Assembly (NCBI RefSeq): GCF_028641065.1
Contig: NC_073391.1
Span: 32,550,001 to 32,614,000 of the forward strand
Length of the DNA stretch: 64,000 nucleotides
Source of the DNA: Leucoraja erinacea
Lineage: Eukaryota
Direction: 5' to 3'
Numbering within the stretch: position 1 is the first letter of the stretch; each line of letters begins with the position of its first letter. The translations under genes were made by a program, and so were the position numbers. The notes below the pieces were generated by a model that worked only from the letters and a program-made list of their open reading frames with translations, was not told the origin of the DNA and made no database searches. Shown piece after piece: positions 59,781 through 64,000 of this stretch.

Positions 59781-62735
59781 CTGAAGAAGGGTCTCGACCC
59801 GAGACGTTGCCTATTCCTTCTCTCCAGAGATGCTGCCTGTCCCGCTGAGTTACTCCAGTATTTTGTGTCTATCTTCACCCCAATGTGTTAATTGTTTCAT
59901 TTAGAGATACAACGCGGAAACGGGCCCTTCGGCACCGAGTCAGCGCCGACCAGTGGATATTTTTAAGGCAGAGATAGATAGATTCTTGATTAGTACGGGT
60001 GTCAGAGGTTATGGGGCAAAAGTACGAGAATGGGGTTAGGAGGGAGAGATAAATCAGCCACGAAGGAATGGCGGTGTAGACTTGATGGGCCGAATGGCCA
60101 AATGCTACTCCTATTCCTTAGGGACACTATCCTGCAGAAGGGATAATTTACACTTATACCAAGCCAATTAACCTACATATCTGTACATCTTTGGAGTGCG
60201 GGAGGAAACCGAAGATCTTGGAGGAAATGCACGCGGTCACGGTGAAGAACATGTAACTCCATACAGACAGCACCCGTAGTCAGGATTGAACCCGGGTCTC
60301 TGGCGCTATAAGGCAGCAACTCTACTGCTGCGCCACCATGCCGCTCAGACACCTTTGATTTCGGAACCAGGGGACACAGTTTAAGAATAAGGGGTAGGCC
60401 ATTTAGAACTGAGATGAAGAAAAACTTTTTCACCCAGAGGGTTGTGAATTTGTGGAATTCCTTGGTACCACCAGCAAAATCTCTGTAAACTTCACCCAAC
60501 ACATTTGCAGTGTCATATGGAGACACGAGGAACTGCAGATGCTGGTTTACAAAAAAGACACAAAGCGCTGGAGTAACTCAGCAGGTCAGGGAGTTTTTCT
60601 TGAGAACATGGAAAGGTGACGTTTTGGTTCGGGACCCTTCTTCAGACTGACTGCGGCGGGGGGAGGGAAGGCAGGAAGAAAGCTGGAAGAGAGGAGGGGC
60701 AGGACAAAACGTGGCAGGTGATAGGTGGTGCCGCGTGGCAGACTGGTGCCGTGCTTATCCCCCGATAGCAGGTCCTGCTCGCCCGCCGCGGAGCCAGGTA
60801 ACCTGTCCACAATGGTTCTTTATTATCACGTGAACAGGTACAGTGAAATTATTTTTTGCATATAGTTCAGTGAAGTATTGCTGTACACAAGCAAAAATCC
60901 CAGATTTGTTTTAATTTTTTTTAGAGATACAGTGTGGAAATAGGCCCTTCGGCCCACCGAGTCCTCGCTGACCAACAGTCACTACACTCGTTCTATTCTA
61001 CACACTAGGAACAATTTGCAGAAGGTAATTAACCTACAAACCTGCACGTCTTTGGGATGTGGAAGGAAAACAGAGCATGAGGAGGAAATCCACGCGGTCA
61101 CAGATAGAGCATGCAAATTCCGTACATGAGGCCAGGCGCCGACGCCACAAAATGGTCAACCCCAACAGCAACTCACTCCCCAATCCAATGGCCAGAGACA
61201 ACTTCACCTTTGACTTTGACTTTGAGGGACTGACTGTCACAGATAGGCCTAGTCAGCTACAGCAGGAGATGCAACCAGACTTTAGAGATGCAGCACAGAA
61301 ACATGCCATTCGGCCCAACGAGTTTGTGCCGACCAGCAATCACCCCAAACGCTAGCATTATCCTACACACTAGAGACAATTTTTACCTAAGCCAATTAAC
61401 CAACAAATCAGCACATCTTTGGAGTGTGGGAGGAAACTGGAAAACCTGGACAAAACCCACAGGGAAAACGTACAAACTCTGTACACGCAGCGCCTGTAGT
61501 CCAGATCAAACCTGGGTATCTGTGCTGCAAGGCAGCAACTCTACTGCTGCGCCACTGTGCCGCCCCAAGAAGCACAGATGAACATTCCCCACCTCATGCA
61601 GGACAATGTCAAAGCCCCAGCACCATCTCTCGCCGATGCACGGGTGCCAACTCTACTCTTCCCTTGTCAAGGTGAACGGGACTAATGATCTCGTTGGCGA
61701 TCTTGATGCATCATCTTGATCCAAAGTGTTCTTATGCCCCAACAATTAACATGGCCAAGCCTGTACATACTAATGGCGGTGCAGGCTCGAAGGGCCGAAT
61801 GGCTTACTTCTGCACCTATTTTCTATGTTTCTATGTTTCTAAGTTCAGTGCAGCTTGTGATCATTTTTTGTACGTATAAAACTTCTTAAACACCATTACC
61901 GTATCTGCCTTCATGACCACCCCTGGCAGTGCGTTCCAAGCACCTATCTCCCTCTGCCCCACGCATCTCCTTAAAATTTTGCCCCTCTCACCTTAAAGCT
62001 GTGCCCTCTAATATTTGATTTGTTTCCATGTTGGGAAAAAGGTTTAGACAGTCTACCCTATCTATGCCTCTCATAATTTTATATACCTGTCAGGTCACAT
62101 GCTCCAACAGACAAAGGAGAAGGGAGGACAAAGAGGAGAAGACAAAATTAGAGAGAGAAGACATGGAAAAGGGCATAGAGGACACATCAAGCCAGCTCAC
62201 CAAACACTGGATATGGTGATTCGACAATACAACTGTGAACTAGGCACAAGAAACTGCAGATGCTGGAGTCTTGCATAAAACACAAAATACTGGGATAATG
62301 AAGCGGGTCAGGCAACATCTTTGGAGTATACGATCCATTACCATAAGACCATTGGAGCAAAATTAGGCAATTCAGCCCATCGAGTCTGCTCTGCCATTCG
62401 ATCATGGCTGATCCATTTTCCTGCCCTCCCCATAACCTTTGACGCCTTTCCTAATCAATAACCTGCCAACATCTGCTTTAGAAATACCCAATGACTTGGC
62501 CTCCACTATCATCTGTGTACTTCAGACTCTGAAGATAGGTCCTGACCCAAAACATTGCCTATGCATGTCCTCCAGAGGTGCTGCCTGACCCGCCAAATTA
62601 CTCCAGCACTTTGTGTTCTAAAACAAAGGAGCTATGTGGTCTCATGGTTTTGCAGAACCATTTATGGAATATTTTTGAGAAGCTATACGGTGGGTTTCTA
62701 CTGATCTTTCTACACAGCTCTCTCTGTGCCGAGCT

Positions 62736-62905
62736 TCATTTCTTAGCTTTGCCCTGGGCTGCTACGGCAGCCATGGCTGCCTGCACTGTCTCCTCATCTC
62801 CCAGGAACTGCATGGGCTTGACTGGCTTCAGGTTCTTGTCGAGCTCGTACATGATGGGGATTCCCGTCGGAAGGTTCAGCTCCATGATGGCTTCCTCGGA
62901 CATGC
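62736..62905 (-). CDS. PGAM1: Phosphoglycerate mutase 1, last coding exon
   Basis: ctgcag|GC ATG TCC... encodes [55 protein letters not shown]. 170 nt. PGAM1 is preferred over PGAM2 from sequence and 10q24 synteny. Confidence 0.92.
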
Positions 62906-64000
62906 CTGCAGATCAAAGGGAAAGACCACGGCATCAGGAACAACCCTCCATTCACCTTCCCAAACCTGCCATAGAGCCTTACAGCATGGAAACAGTCCAT
63001 TCGGCCCCACGCATTCAAAATGTCCCATAGGTGGCGCAGCGGTAGAGCAGCGGTTGCTGCATCACAGTGCCAGAAACCCGGGTTCGACCCTGACTATGGA
63101 TGCTGTCTATACGGATAGAGTGTGGAAACAGTCCTTCGGCCAACTGAGTCCACGCCAACCAGCGATCACCCCGTATATTAGCACTATCATACACACTAGA
63201 AACAATTTATAATTTTACCGTAGCCAATTAACTTATAAATCCTGTACATATTTGGAGTGCTCGAGGAAACTGGAGCATCCAGAGAAAACACACGTGGTCA
63301 CAGGGAGAACGTACAAACTCCGTACGGACAGCACTTTTAGACAGGATCCAACCTGGATCGACCGCTGCGCCACTACGCTACCTGAGTTACTCCAGCATTT
63401 TGTGTCCCCAGCACAGTGGCCTTGAATAAGGGTTGAAAAGAATGCGGCAACTCGCAAACTACAAAGAGCTTTAAGAACTTTTCACATGGAGAAAGTTATA
63501 GATTTTCAATGTTATTTTTTGCACCGGGAATTGCTCCTGACATCAGGCTGATGCAGTCTTGCCCTAGAAGAAACTCCACAGAGGAAATAATTTGTCTATG
63601 TCTTTTGAATCATTCAGTTACCTCAAAGGACCTCAGGTGGATCACTGCTTAATCTTCTAGACTTAAGGCAATTTATATCCTCATTAAATAATTCTTTAAT
63701 CTAATCGTGCATTCCTCCAAGGAGAATATGTCCTTGTTGTAATCCAACACCCATACACTCAATGCACTATAAATGGTCTTAGTTTAGTTTAGAGATACAG
63801 CACAGACGTAGTATGTCCTCGCCAACCATCGATCACCCATCAACGCTAGTTAATTGTAAGCAAAAATGTGTCAATGTGCAGAACCGCACCAGGACCAGTG
63901 TGAAGCCCTGCATTTTTGGGAAGTCAAACTAGGGCCCTGAAAGTGTTGTCGAGCAGGTACACTGTTCCCTGTAAGTGGCGTCACAGGTAGATAGGATGAT

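Noticed and set aside
62578-63030. 150-aa plus-strand ORF
   Set aside because: It is the antisense shadow of the PGAM1 last exon.

Overview
Repeat-rich eukaryotic genomic DNA. The V-SINE/CR1/Rex1/Penelope repeat content suggests a cartilaginous fish such as a skate (inference). Five spliced genes were reconstructed by hand: CUTC (minus, two 5' coding exons, gene runs off the left edge), COX15 (plus, 9 coding exons, with a +1 frameshift in exon 4 and a duplicated exon 1), an ST3GAL5-related sialyltransferase that is probably st3gal7 (plus), HPS1 (minus, 17 coding exons, including a U12 AT-AC intron) and the last exon of PGAM1 (minus). CUTC, COX15, HPS1 and PGAM1 all lie on human 10q24. The most striking non-coding signal is two short TSD-flanked retroposons in an HPS1 intron that each begin exactly with an HDV/CPEB3-type ribozyme fold. 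There is also a high-copy Penelope-derived repeat carrying minimal hammerhead motifs, often in hairpin or tandem arrangements. Most long ORFs in the supplied track are repeat artefacts. All identifications are by eye from recalled sequences, and no database search was run.
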